Shown: positions 34,799 to 43,983, counted from the first letter of the stretch. The stretch: 64,000 bases of DNA from Thermoleophilaceae bacterium (GCA_036386455.1 DASVVS010000037.1:15713-79712); one strand, 5' to 3'. Numbers and translations: made by a program. Notes: generated by a model from the letters alone, not told the origin.

Positions 34799-36225
34799 CC
34801 GCCCGCCGGCTCCTGCCCGCGCTGCTGGCGGCCGTTCCGCTCGCGGCGCTGATGGCCCTGATCGTGAGCCGCGGCGCGCCGGACGGCGCCGAGGACGGAT
34901 TCGAGCTCCTCGCCGCCGCGATCATCGCGGTGTGCGTCGGCGCCGCGGCGCTGGTGGCGCCGCCGTCCTGGGCCGTGAGCGGCGCCCTCGTGCTGACCCT
35001 CTTCCAGAGCCACTGGGATGCGCTCGGGGTCTCGTTCAGCGTCGACCGCTACGTGATGCTGCTCGTGATCGGCTCGGTCCTCGTACGCGAGTGGAGGCAT
35101 CGCGACGGCCGCCTGGCGACCCGGCCCGTCGACTGGCTCCTGGCGGTCACCCTGATCTACGCCGCCACGTCGGCGTGGGTGGTCGGCGAGCTGTCCACCG
35201 AAGACGGTCGCTTCGAGCTGCTCGACCGGTTCGGCGTGATGCCGTTCGTCCTGTTCTTCCTGGCGCCGCTCGTGTTCCGCACCGAGCGCGACCGGCGCGT
35301 GCTGCTCGGCACCCTCGTGGCCATCGGGACCTACCTCGGCATCACGGCGATCCTCGAGACGACCGGACCGAAGGGTGTGATCGTGCCGAGCTACATCACC
35401 GACCCGGCGCAGGGGATCCATCAGGACCGCGCGCGCGGTCCATTTCTCGACGCGGGCGCGAACGGACTGGCGCTGTACATGTGCGCGGTCGCGTCGACGA
35501 TCGCGTTCACGAAGTGGCGGAACCCGCGCTGGCGGATCTTCGCGCTCCTCGTGGCCGGGCTCTGCCTGGTGGGAGTTCTGCTCACGCTCACCCGGGCGGT
35601 GTGGCTGGGCGCGCTCGTGGCCACGCCGGTCGCGCTGCTCTCCGCCCGCGGGGCGCGCCGCTTCCTCGTGCCCGGGATGCTCGCGGGGCTCGTGCTGATC
35701 GTCGCCGCGTTCGCCATGATCCCCGGCCTTCAGGATCGCGCCGAGCGCCGGCGCGGCGACAAGCAGCCGGTCTGGGACCGCCAGAACTCCAACTCAGCGG
35801 CGATCCGGATGCTCGAGGACCGGCCGCTCTTCGGCTTCGGCTGGTCGCGCTTCAAGGAGGAGAGCCCGCCCTACTACCGGCAGTCGAACGACTTCCCGCT
35901 GGGGGAGACGGGCAACCTCCACAACGTCTACCTGTCGAACGCGGTGGATCTGGGCCTCGTCGGCCTGGCGCTGTGGATCGCGGCGCTGCTGGCCGCGCTC
36001 GGCGGCGCGATCGTGCGCCGGGGACCGCCGGAGCTCGTCGCGTGGAAGGTCGGGCTGCTGGCCGTGACGCTGAGCGTGCTGATCACGTGGGCGACGGCGC
36101 CGGCGCTCTTCGTGCTGCCGACGCTGCTGCTCTGGCTGTGGGCGGGCATCGCGTGGGGACCGCGCACGCCGTCAGAGGGCGCTGTAGACGACCGCCACGC
36201 AGCCCGCGAGTTGAAGCACGCATAG
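34795..36225 (+). CDS. O-antigen ligase/polymerase-like (Wzy_C domain) membrane protein
   Basis: 476 aa with about 11 TM helices. ...LLTLTRAVWLGALVA... and the loop ...FGFGWSRFKEES...GNLHNVYLSNAVDLGLVG are typical of Wzy/WaaL-family proteins. GTGA overlap with wzz-like. Confidence 0.8.
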   Translation: MTARRLLPALLAAVPLAALMALIVSRGAPDGAEDGFELLAAAIIAVCVGAAALVAPPSWAVSGALVLTLFQSHWDALGVSFSVDRYVMLLVIGSVLVREWRHRDGRLATRPVDWLLAVTLIYAATSAWVVGELSTEDGRFELLDRFGVMPFVLFFLAPLVFRTERDRRVLLGTLVAIGTYLGITAILETTGPKGVIVPSYITDPAQGIHQDRARGPFLDAGANGLALYMCAVASTIAFTKWRNPRWRIFALLVAGLCLVGVLLTLTRAVWLGALVATPVALLSARGARRFLVPGMLAGLVLIVAAFAMIPGLQDRAERRRGDKQPVWDRQNSNSAAIRMLEDRPLFGFGWSRFKEESPPYYRQSNDFPLGETGNLHNVYLSNAVDLGLVGLALWIAALLAALGGAIVRRGPPELVAWKVGLLAVTLSVLITWATAPALFVLPTLLLWLWAGIAWGPRTPSEGAVDDRHAARELKHA

Positions 36226-37473
36226 GGCGCCGAGCCCGACGGTCGCGCGGCGGCGGTCGAGGCCCGCGAGGGCGGCGAGCAGCGCGAGGCAGGCGATCAC
36301 CGGCGGCTCGAAGTAGCGCTGGTAGGTGCGGACCGTCCCCGCCTGGGCGATCGCGACCGAGGCGATCGCGACCAGCACGACGGCGGCCGGGCGCTGCATC
36401 GCGTTGCGCGCCGCGGCGCGCCAGAGGACCACGAGCAGCGCCGCGCCCAGCCCGGCGAGGATCGCGATCGTGAGCGAGCGGTCGGCGACCGCCGGGGTGT
36501 CGCGCACGATCGACCACAGCCCGCCGCCGGTACGCCGCTCGGCCGTGGCGTCGTGCGAGGTCGGGACGGCGAGCGCCAGCAGCGCCCCCGCCGCGGCGGC
36601 CCCCGCCAGCGCCCGCCGCTCGCGCAGGTCCTCGCGCGTGGCCACGCAGGCCGCGAAGAACGGCGCGAAGAGCCCGGCGAGCGCGAGCGTGAACGGCACC
36701 GCCGCGGGGCTCGTGCCGCTCTGCCCGGCGGCGATCGGCGGCGTGAGCTGGCCCCACAGGGAGGCGAAGGCGGCGAGCATCGCGATCGCGGGGATCACCG
36801 CCACGCCAGCGAGCACGAGCGGGCGGAGGCTCGGGCGACGCTCCGCCGGGCCGCCGCCGGGCTCCTCGCGGAGGCCGGGGATCCAACGCCCGGCGACGGC
36901 CGCCGCGAACACGAGCGGCCCCGCCGCCCAGAGCGCGAGCTGCCGGACGGAGGCGCCGAGCAGCACCCAGAGGCCGCCGAGGAACAGGCCGCGCCCCGTC
37001 TCGGCCACCGTCAGGGCCGCCCCGAGCGTGAGCAGGATGAACAGCATCGCCGTGTTGTCGGTGTTCAGCCACGCGGCCGACTGGAGCACGTAGTGCGACA
37101 GCAGGAGCGGCAGCGTGAGGAACAGGCCCGGCCAGCGCCCGGCGTAGCGCCGGATCAGCCTGTAGGCGACGAGGATCATCGCGAGCGAGAAGAGCGCGGC
37201 GAAGGCCTCCACCGCGGCGCGGTCGTCGCTCACGAGCCGGACGAACACCGCGGTGACCAGGTGCAGGCCCGGGGTGGTGGCGGTGTGGATGTTCTCGAGG
37301 TCCGGCGAGGGCAGGTCGGCGGCCAGCTCGACCACGGTGCGCCCGTGGTAGACCCGCTCGTCCTCGTAGCCGGCGGTGCCGGTGCCGCCCGCGGCGATCA
37401 CCGGTGCGACGAGGGCGACGAACAGAGCGGTCAGCAGCAGCTCCGGGGCTCGGCCGGCCAGGATCGCTCGCAC
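36172..37473 (-). CDS. Polytopic membrane protein, GT-C-like candidate
   Basis: 433 aa from the internal GTG 37473 of ORF 36172..37974. About 11 hydrophobic helices. Architecture only. Confidence 0.5.
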   Translation of the reverse strand: MRAILAGRAPELLLTALFVALVAPVIAAGGTGTAGYEDERVYHGRTVVELAADLPSPDLENIHTATTPGLHLVTAVFVRLVSDDRAAVEAFAALFSLAMILVAYRLIRRYAGRWPGLFLTLPLLLSHYVLQSAAWLNTDNTAMLFILLTLGAALTVAETGRGLFLGGLWVLLGASVRQLALWAAGPLVFAAAVAGRWIPGLREEPGGGPAERRPSLRPLVLAGVAVIPAIAMLAAFASLWGQLTPPIAAGQSGTSPAAVPFTLALAGLFAPFFAACVATREDLRERRALAGAAAAGALLALAVPTSHDATAERRTGGGLWSIVRDTPAVADRSLTIAILAGLGAALLVVLWRAAARNAMQRPAAVVLVAIASVAIAQAGTVRTYQRYFEPPVIACLALLAALAGLDRRRATVGLGALCVLQLAGCVAVVYSAL

Positions 37474-37513
37474 GCCGCCACTATTGCAGCGGCGCCCGTA
37501 TAGGTTCCGGCAG

Positions 37514-38689
37514 ATGACGAGGCCACCGGCAGCCGGTCGGGTCGACGCGGCGCTCGCGGTCCCCGCCGGCCTGCTCGCCGCCGCCGCGGCGCACCAGCTC
37601 GGGCTGCTCGCCGCCGCGGCCACGCTCGGGCGCCGGCGGCACGCGGCGCCCGGCGCGGCGATCCGCTTCGCGATCCTGATCCCGGCCCACGACGAGGCCG
37701 CGACGATCGGCCCCACGCTCGCCGCGATGGAGCCGCTCGGCGCCGAGCGGATAGTCGTGGCCGACAACTGCACCGACGCGACCGCGGCCGTCGCGGCCGG
37801 CGCGGGCGCCACGGTCTGGGAGCGCCACGACCCCGAGCGGCGCGGCAAGGGCCACGCGCTCAGGTGGGGGCTCGAGCGCCTGCTGCGCGAGCGCGCGGGG
37901 GTCGAGGCGGTGGTGGTGATCGACGCCGACTGCCGCCCGTCCGCGAACCTGCTCGACGCGGTGGGCGCCGCCATCCGCGCCGGCGCCGCAGCGGTGCAGG
38001 TGGACTACGTCGTGGCGGATGCGGACAGCTCGCCCGCCGCGGCCCTGCGCGCCGCCGCGTTCGCGCTGATGAACCACGTGCGCCCGCGCGGCCGGACCGC
38101 GCTCGGGCTGTCGGCCGGGCTGCTCGGCACCGGCATGGCGTTCAGAGCCGACCTGCTGCGGCGGGTGCCCTGGCGCTCGTACGGGCTGGCCGAGGACGCC
38201 GAGCACCACCTGCGCCTGGTCGAGGCGGGCGAGCGGGTCGCCTTCGTGCCGGAGGCGAGCGTGCGCTCGCCGATGCCGGCGACGCTCGCCGCCAGCGAGT
38301 CCCAGCAGATGCGCTGGGAGGGCGGCCGGCTGCGGCTCGCGCGGCGCGGCGCGGCGCTCGTGGCGCGGGGCCTCGCGCGGCGCGACCCGGTCGCCGTGCA
38401 GGCCGGGCTCGACCCGCTGCTGCCGCCGCAGTCGGTGCTCGGCGCGGGATCGGCCGCCCTCGCCGCCGCCGGGGCGGGGCTGAGGCTGCGTCGCACGGCC
38501 GTGCTGGGCTCCGCGAGCCTCGCGATGCAGGCCGCGTACGTGCTCGGCGGGCTCGCGCTCACGCGTGCGCCGGCGGCCGCGTGGCTGGCGCTCCTGCGCG
38601 CACCCCTGCTCGTCGCGTTCAAGCTGCGCGTCTACGCGAGGGCGCTGCGCGGGGGGAGCCCGGACGAGTGGGTCCGCACGGAGCGCTGA
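37514..38689 (+). CDS. Membrane-associated glycosyltransferase family 2 (Glyco_tranf_2_3-like)
   Basis: 391 aa from the internal ATG 37514. FAILIPAHDEAATIGPTL...VVADNCTDAT...KGHAL...VIDADC...LAEDAEHHLRL...QQMRWEGG, with C-terminal TM helices. Confidence 0.85.
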   Translation: MTRPPAAGRVDAALAVPAGLLAAAAAHQLGLLAAAATLGRRRHAAPGAAIRFAILIPAHDEAATIGPTLAAMEPLGAERIVVADNCTDATAAVAAGAGATVWERHDPERRGKGHALRWGLERLLRERAGVEAVVVIDADCRPSANLLDAVGAAIRAGAAAVQVDYVVADADSSPAAALRAAAFALMNHVRPRGRTALGLSAGLLGTGMAFRADLLRRVPWRSYGLAEDAEHHLRLVEAGERVAFVPEASVRSPMPATLAASESQQMRWEGGRLRLARRGAALVARGLARRDPVAVQAGLDPLLPPQSVLGAGSAALAAAGAGLRLRRTAVLGSASLAMQAAYVLGGLALTRAPAAAWLALLRAPLLVAFKLRVYARALRGGSPDEWVRTER

Positions 38690-38720
38690 GGGGCTGTTCG
38701 CCCGGCCTAGACTCTGAGGC

Positions 38721-39116
38721 ATGAGCCCCAAGGTCGAGAAGAGCGAGCAGGAGTGGCGTGAGCAGCTCACGCCCGAGCAGTACGAGATCCTCAGGCGGCA
38801 GGGAACGGAGCCGCCGTTCACCGGCGAGTACGTCTACACGAAGGACACCGGCACCTACAACTGCGCCGCGTGCGGCTCGCCGCTGTTCAGCTCGGACACG
38901 AAGTTCGACTCCGGCACCGGCTGGCCGAGCTTCTACGAGCCGATGGACGAGGGCGGCGTGGAGCTGCGCCAGGACTCGAGCCACGGGATGGTGCGGACCG
39001 AGGCCGTCTGCGCGAACTGCGGCGGGCACCTGGGCCACGTCTTCGACGACGGCCCGAACCCGACCGGCCAGCGCTACTGCATCAACTCGGCGGCCATCGC
39101 TCTGGACGCTGAGTAG
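38721..39116 (+). CDS. msrB: Peptide-methionine (R)-S-oxide reductase
   Basis: 131 aa. CAACGSPLF...GWPSFY...[16 protein letters not shown]...RYCINS. Two CxxC pairs plus the catalytic RYCIN motif. Confidence 0.95.
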   Translation: MSPKVEKSEQEWREQLTPEQYEILRRQGTEPPFTGEYVYTKDTGTYNCAACGSPLFSSDTKFDSGTGWPSFYEPMDEGGVELRQDSSHGMVRTEAVCANCGGHLGHVFDDGPNPTGQRYCINSAAIALDAE

Positions 39117-39128
39117 CGCCGCGCGCCC

Positions 39129-40937
39129 GTGTGCGGGATAGCCGGGTGCGTCGCCGCGCCCGGGCGCGAGCCCGATCGCGAGGCGCTCCGCCGGATGGCG
39201 GCCGCGCTCGCGCACCGCGGCCCCGACGACGAGGGGATCGCCGTCGACGGGCAGGTCGGGCTTGTGCAGCGCCGGCTCGCGATCGTGGACCCGTCGCCCG
39301 CGGGGCACGCGCCGATGGAGGACGCGGGCGGGCGCTGGCTCGTCACCTACAACGGCGAGGTCTTCAACCACCTCGAGCTGCGCGCCGAGCTGCCCTGGGT
39401 CCGCTGGCGCGGGGGTAGCGACACCGAGACGCTCGTCGAGGCGCTCGCGCACTGGGACGAGGCGGCGGTGCCGCGCTGCAACGGGCTGTTCGCCTGGGCG
39501 GCGCTCGACCGCGAGCGGCGGCGGCTCGTGCTGGTCCGCGACCGCTTCGGGGTGAAGCCGCTGTACATGGCCCGGCACGCGGGGGCGCTCTGGTTCGCGA
39601 GCGAGATGCGCGCGCTGCTCGAGGCCGGCGTGGCGCGCGACGTCCGGCGCGACGTGCTCGCCCACGCGGTGGAGCGCGGCTGGGCGAACGGCCGGCGCAC
39701 GCCGCTCGCGGCCGTCGAGCGCGTGATGCCGGGGACGCTCGTGGAGGTGGACCTCGAGACGCTCGCGACGGCCGAGCGCACCTGGTACGACCCGCTCGAG
39801 ACGGTGGGCGGGGGCTCCGGCTCCGCCCCCGATCCGCGGCTCCTCGAGGACGCACTCCGCGGGGCCGTGCGCCGCCGCCTGATGGCCGACGTCCCGCTCG
39901 GGACGATGTGCTCGGGCGGGCTCGACTCGAGCCTGATCACGGCGCTGGCGGCGGAGGCCGGCACCGTGCACGCGTTCAACGCGCGGATCGTGGACCAGCC
40001 CGAGTGGGACGAGGGCCGCTGGGCGCGCGAGGTGGCCGAGCACGTGGGGGTCGAGCTGCACACCGTCGAGATGACCGCGGCCGAGTGGCGCGCCGGGCTC
40101 GTGGACGTGGTCCGCCACGTCGAGTATCCGCTCACCCACGAGAGCTCGGTGCCGATGGCGGCGATCGCCCGGCTGGCCCGCGAGCGCGGCGTCAAGGTGC
40201 TGCTGAGCGGCGAGGGCGCGGACGAGCTGTTCGGCGGCTACTCGTGGGTCCACCACCACGCGTCCGCGGACTTCGCCGCGCGCCGCCGGCCCGCGGCGGC
40301 GGCGGCGCGGGCCGCGCTGCGGGCGGCGCAGCGGCGCGGCGTGCTGGCCGGCCGCGCGATCCCCGACCCGTTCCCCGGCCCCTCGGACGAGGTGAACGCG
40401 TACGAGCGCGAGCGCTTCGGGGCGGCCCTGGCCGCCTACGCGCACCACCGCGGCCCGCGCCGGCGCCTGGAGGCCGGGCTGGCGGCCGATCTCTCGACCT
40501 ACCTCCCGCACCTGCTCAACCGCCAGGACAAGACGACGATGATGCACTCGGTCGAGACGCGGGTGCCGTTCCTCGACCCGGAGGTGGTGGCGCTGGCCCT
40601 GAACATGCCGCTCGAGCACCGGGTCGAGCCCGAGCGCAAGGCGCCGTTGCGCGCGCTGGGCCGGGGGCTCCTGCCGGCGAGCGTCGTCGCGCGCGAGAAG
40701 GTGGGCTTCGGCTTCGACGTCGGCCGCTACCTGGGCGGCGCCGTGCGCGAGGAGTTCATGCGCGGCGGGCGCCTGCGCGAGGAGCTGGGCGTGGCGCGCG
40801 CGGAGTGGGATCCGCGCGTGGGGGAGCTGTGCGCGAGCCTCGCCCCGCTGACGGCGGAGATCTGGCTGCGGACCGTCGCCGGCGGCGAGTTGCCAGACGC
40901 CGTGCAGGCGGAGCTGTGGGCCCCGGCGCGCCCGTAG
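39129..40937 (+). CDS. Asparagine synthase (glutamine-hydrolysing)-type amidotransferase
   Basis: 602 aa. N-terminal MCGIAG (Cys2 nucleophile), ...YNGEVFNH.EL..., and the PP-loop-like MCSGGLDSSLI. By context it may amidate a sugar acid rather than Asp. Confidence 0.88.
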   Translation: MCGIAGCVAAPGREPDREALRRMAAALAHRGPDDEGIAVDGQVGLVQRRLAIVDPSPAGHAPMEDAGGRWLVTYNGEVFNHLELRAELPWVRWRGGSDTETLVEALAHWDEAAVPRCNGLFAWAALDRERRRLVLVRDRFGVKPLYMARHAGALWFASEMRALLEAGVARDVRRDVLAHAVERGWANGRRTPLAAVERVMPGTLVEVDLETLATAERTWYDPLETVGGGSGSAPDPRLLEDALRGAVRRRLMADVPLGTMCSGGLDSSLITALAAEAGTVHAFNARIVDQPEWDEGRWAREVAEHVGVELHTVEMTAAEWRAGLVDVVRHVEYPLTHESSVPMAAIARLARERGVKVLLSGEGADELFGGYSWVHHHASADFAARRRPAAAAARAALRAAQRRGVLAGRAIPDPFPGPSDEVNAYERERFGAALAAYAHHRGPRRRLEAGLAADLSTYLPHLLNRQDKTTMMHSVETRVPFLDPEVVALALNMPLEHRVEPERKAPLRALGRGLLPASVVAREKVGFGFDVGRYLGGAVREEFMRGGRLREELGVARAEWDPRVGELCASLAPLTAEIWLRTVAGGELPDAVQAELWAPARP

Positions 40938-40948
40938 AATCACCGAAC

Positions 40949-41899
40949 GTGGCGGAGGGACTCGACACGGTTGCGCCGCCGGCGGCCTCCCAGCAGCGCG
41001 CTGCCACCTTCGAGGGCACCTGGCGCGGGACGCTCCCCGGCGGGATCTTCCGCGCGCTGCGGCCCAAGCAGTGGCTGAAGAACGTGCTCGTGGCCGCGGC
41101 GCCGGGCGCGGCGGGCGTGCTCACCGATGCCGGCGTGCTGCTCGACGTGGCTCTCGCGTTCGTCGCCTTCTGCATGGTCTCGAGCGCGACCTACCTCGTG
41201 AACGACGCGCGCGACGTGGAGGCCGACCGCCTGCACCCGCGCAAGCGCTTCCGCGCGATCGCCGCGGGGACCGTGTCGGTGCGGCTCGCGCTCGCGCTCG
41301 CGCTGCTGCTGCTGCTGGGCGGCTTCGCCGTGGCGGCCGTGGTCCGGATCGAGCTGCTGGTCGTGGTCGCCTCCTACGTGACCCTCACGACCGCCTACAC
41401 GCTCTGGCTCAAGCACGTCGAGGTGGTCGACATCGTGGCCATCGCGTCGGGCTTCATCCTGCGCGCGGTGGCGGGCGGCGCCGCGGTCGACGTGCCGCTG
41501 TCGCGCTGGTTCATCATCGTCGCCTCGTTCGGCTCGCTCTTCATCGTCGCCGGCAAGCGCCACGGCGAGCACATCGACCTCGACGAGTCGCGCGGGGCGA
41601 TCCGCTCCACGCTCGCGGGCTACTCGCGCGACTACCTCAAGTACGTGTGGACGATGGCCTCCGGCGTGACGATCGCCGCCTACTGCCTGTGGGCGTTCGA
41701 GATGGCGCCGCGCGACAGCGAGGTGCCGCTCTACGAGCTGTCGATCGTCCCGTTCGTGACGTTCATGCTGCGCTACGCGCAGCTCCTCGAGGCCGGTCAC
41801 GGCGAGGCGCCGGAGGACGTCGTGCTGGGCGACCGCCTGCTGCAGGCGCTCGCCGCCGTCTGGATCGCGCTGTTCGGAGCGGGTGTCTACTTCCTCTGA
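40949..41899 (+). CDS. Decaprenyl-phosphate phosphoribosyltransferase (UbiA-family DPPR synthase, Rv3806c-like)
   Basis: 316 aa from the internal GTG 40949 of ORF 39908..41899. [12 protein letters not shown]...[26 protein letters not shown]... (UbiA NDxxD motif). About 8 TM helices. Adjacent to dprE1/dprE2. Confidence 0.85.
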   Translation: MAEGLDTVAPPAASQQRAATFEGTWRGTLPGGIFRALRPKQWLKNVLVAAAPGAAGVLTDAGVLLDVALAFVAFCMVSSATYLVNDARDVEADRLHPRKRFRAIAAGTVSVRLALALALLLLLGGFAVAAVVRIELLVVVASYVTLTTAYTLWLKHVEVVDIVAIASGFILRAVAGGAAVDVPLSRWFIIVASFGSLFIVAGKRHGEHIDLDESRGAIRSTLAGYSRDYLKYVWTMASGVTIAAYCLWAFEMAPRDSEVPLYELSIVPFVTFMLRYAQLLEAGHGEAPEDVVLGDRLLQALAAVWIALFGAGVYFL

Positions 41900-43211
41900 A
41901 GCCCTGCTCACCGGCTGGGGCCTGACCGCGCCTTCGCGAGCGGAGGTGGTGGAGGCCAGCGCCGAGAGCATCGCCGCCACGCTCGCCGACCCCGGCCCGC
42001 GCGGGGTGCTGGCGCGGGGCCTCGGGCGCAGCTACGGCGACGCCGCCCAGAACGCCGGCGGCCGCGTGCTGCTGATGGAGGAGCTGGCGAAGGTGCACGC
42101 GGTGGACCTCGCGAGCGGGATCGTGACCGTGGACGCGGGCGTGAGCATCGAGACGCTCACGCGCACGCTGCTGCCGCTCGGGCTGTTCGTGCACGTGACG
42201 CCGGGCACCTGGTTCGTGACCGTGGGCGGCGCGATCGCGGCGGACGTGCACGGCAAGAACCACCACGCCGACGGCTCGTTCTGCGACCACGTGCTCGCGT
42301 TCGACCTGATGACCCCGGACGGCGAGGTCAGGACGGTGGAGCCGGGCGACGAGCTGTTCGGCGCGACCGCCGGCGGCATGGGCCTGACCGGCGTGATCCT
42401 GCGGGCCACGCTCAGGATGCTGAAGGTCGCGTCGCCGAACATGGTCGTGGATCGCGAGCGCTGCGCCGACCTCGACGACGTGATGGCGCGCATGGCCGCG
42501 CGCGACGACGAGTACCGCTACTCCGTGGCGTGGATCGACTGCCTCGCGCGCGGCCGGAACATGGGCCGCTCGGTCCTGATCCGCGGCGACCACGCGCCCG
42601 AGGCCGGGTCCAACGGGCACTTCGGCGGGCTGCGGATCAGCGCCCCGCCGTTCGTGCCGGGCGGCCTGCTCAACCGCACGACGCTCCGCGCCTTCAACGA
42701 GGCCTACTACCGCGCCGCGCCCAAGCGCGAGACCGGGCGCCGCGAGGGGGTGCGCGAGTTCTTCTACCCGCTCGACGCGGTGGGGAGTTGGAACCGCATC
42801 TACGGGCCGAGCGGCTTCCTCCAGTACCAGCTCGTGGTGCCGTACGGGCGCGAGGACGCCCTCCGCGAGTCGCTCGAGCGCCTCTCCGGCGCGGGCGCGC
42901 CGTCGTTCCTCGCGGTGCTCAAGCGCTTCGGCGCGCAGCGGACCGGCATGATCTCGTTCCCGATGGAGGGCTGGACGCTCGCACTCGACATCCCGGCGAC
43001 CGTGCCGGGGCTCGCGCCGCTGCTCGACGGCCTCGACGAGGTCGTGGCCGAGGCCGGCGGCCGCGTGTACCTGGCCAAGGACTCGCGCCTGCGCCCGGAC
43101 GTGCTCGCCTCGATGTACGGGCGGCTCGGCGAGTGGCGCGCCGCGCGCGAGCGGGTCGACCCCGGCGGCGTGATGCGCTCGGACCTGGCGCGGCGGCTGG
43201 AGCTCGTATGA
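41883..43211 (+). CDS. dprE1: Decaprenylphosphoryl-beta-D-ribose 2'-oxidase (FAD)
   Basis: 442 aa. [14 protein letters not shown]...[14 protein letters not shown]...[15 protein letters not shown]...YLAKDSR...DLARRLELV. Collinear with my recollection of M. tuberculosis DprE1 to the last residues. Confidence 0.9.
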   Translation: MSTSSEALLTGWGLTAPSRAEVVEASAESIAATLADPGPRGVLARGLGRSYGDAAQNAGGRVLLMEELAKVHAVDLASGIVTVDAGVSIETLTRTLLPLGLFVHVTPGTWFVTVGGAIAADVHGKNHHADGSFCDHVLAFDLMTPDGEVRTVEPGDELFGATAGGMGLTGVILRATLRMLKVASPNMVVDRERCADLDDVMARMAARDDEYRYSVAWIDCLARGRNMGRSVLIRGDHAPEAGSNGHFGGLRISAPPFVPGGLLNRTTLRAFNEAYYRAAPKRETGRREGVREFFYPLDAVGSWNRIYGPSGFLQYQLVVPYGREDALRESLERLSGAGAPSFLAVLKRFGAQRTGMISFPMEGWTLALDIPATVPGLAPLLDGLDEVVAEAGGRVYLAKDSRLRPDVLASMYGRLGEWRAARERVDPGGVMRSDLARRLELV

Positions 43212-43966
43212 GGGACGCGACCGGGACCGTGCAGTCGGTGCTCGTGCTCGGCGGCACCTCCGAGATCGGCGTGGCGACCGCCAAGCGGCTGGCCCGCGAG
43301 CGGGCGCGGCGCGTGATCCTGGCGGTGCGCGACCCGGGGCGGGCCGAGGGCGCGGCCGCCGAGTTGCGCGAGCTCGGGGCCGAGACCGAGGTCGTGGCCT
43401 TCGACGCGGTCGATATCGGCTCTCACGAGGCGTTCGTGCAGGACGTCTTCGACCGCTTCGGCGACATCGACCTCGTGCTCGTCGCCTGGGGCGTGCTGGG
43501 CGACCAGGAGCGGCTCGCGCGCGACCACGACGCGGCCGTGGAGGCCGCGCAGGTCAACTACACCGGCGTCGTCTCGGTGAGCGTGCCGCTGGCCGAGCGC
43601 ATGAAGCGCCAGGGGCACGGCACGATCGTGTACCTGTCGTCGGTCGCGGGCGAGCGCGCGCGTGCCTCGAACTTCGTCTACGGCTCGACCAAGGCCGGCA
43701 TGGACGCGTTCGCGCAGGGGCTGGGCGACTCGCTCGCAGGCAGCGGCGTGCGCGTGATGGTCGTGCGGCCCGGCTTCGTGAAGACCAAGATGACCGAGGG
43801 GCTCGACCCGGTTCCGCTCTCCACCGACGCCGACGCCGTGGCCGAGTCGATCGCCGCCGGGCTGCGCACGGGCGCGCACACCGTCTGGTCGCCGGGGCCG
43901 CTGCGCTTCGTCATGTCGGCGCTGCGCCACGTGCCGCGGCCGATCTTCCGCCGGCTCGACCTCTAG
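43208..43966 (+). CDS. dprE2: Decaprenylphospho-2'-keto-ribose reductase (SDR)
   Basis: 252 aa from the internal ATG 43208 (ATGA overlap with dprE1). [15 protein letters not shown]...YLSSVAGER...YGSTKAG (SDR Gly motif and YxxxK). Confidence 0.88.
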   Translation: MRDATGTVQSVLVLGGTSEIGVATAKRLARERARRVILAVRDPGRAEGAAAELRELGAETEVVAFDAVDIGSHEAFVQDVFDRFGDIDLVLVAWGVLGDQERLARDHDAAVEAAQVNYTGVVSVSVPLAERMKRQGHGTIVYLSSVAGERARASNFVYGSTKAGMDAFAQGLGDSLAGSGVRVMVVRPGFVKTKMTEGLDPVPLSTDADAVAESIAAGLRTGAHTVWSPGPLRFVMSALRHVPRPIFRRLDL

Positions 43967-43983
43967 GCCGGCTCGACCTCTAG
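43950..43983. repeat. Perfect 2 x 17-bp tandem duplication (gccggctcgacctctag) spanning the dprE2 stop codon
   Basis: Read directly: 43950-43966 and 43967-43983 are identical. Confidence 0.95.

Noticed and set aside
39129-40937. The AsnB-type gene as the lasso cyclase of the 1-4 kb cluster.
   Set aside because: It lies 35 kb away inside the glycan locus. It retains the Cys2 glutamine-amidotransferase nucleophile typical of true amidotransferases. A better candidate cyclase frame starts directly after B2 at the window edge.
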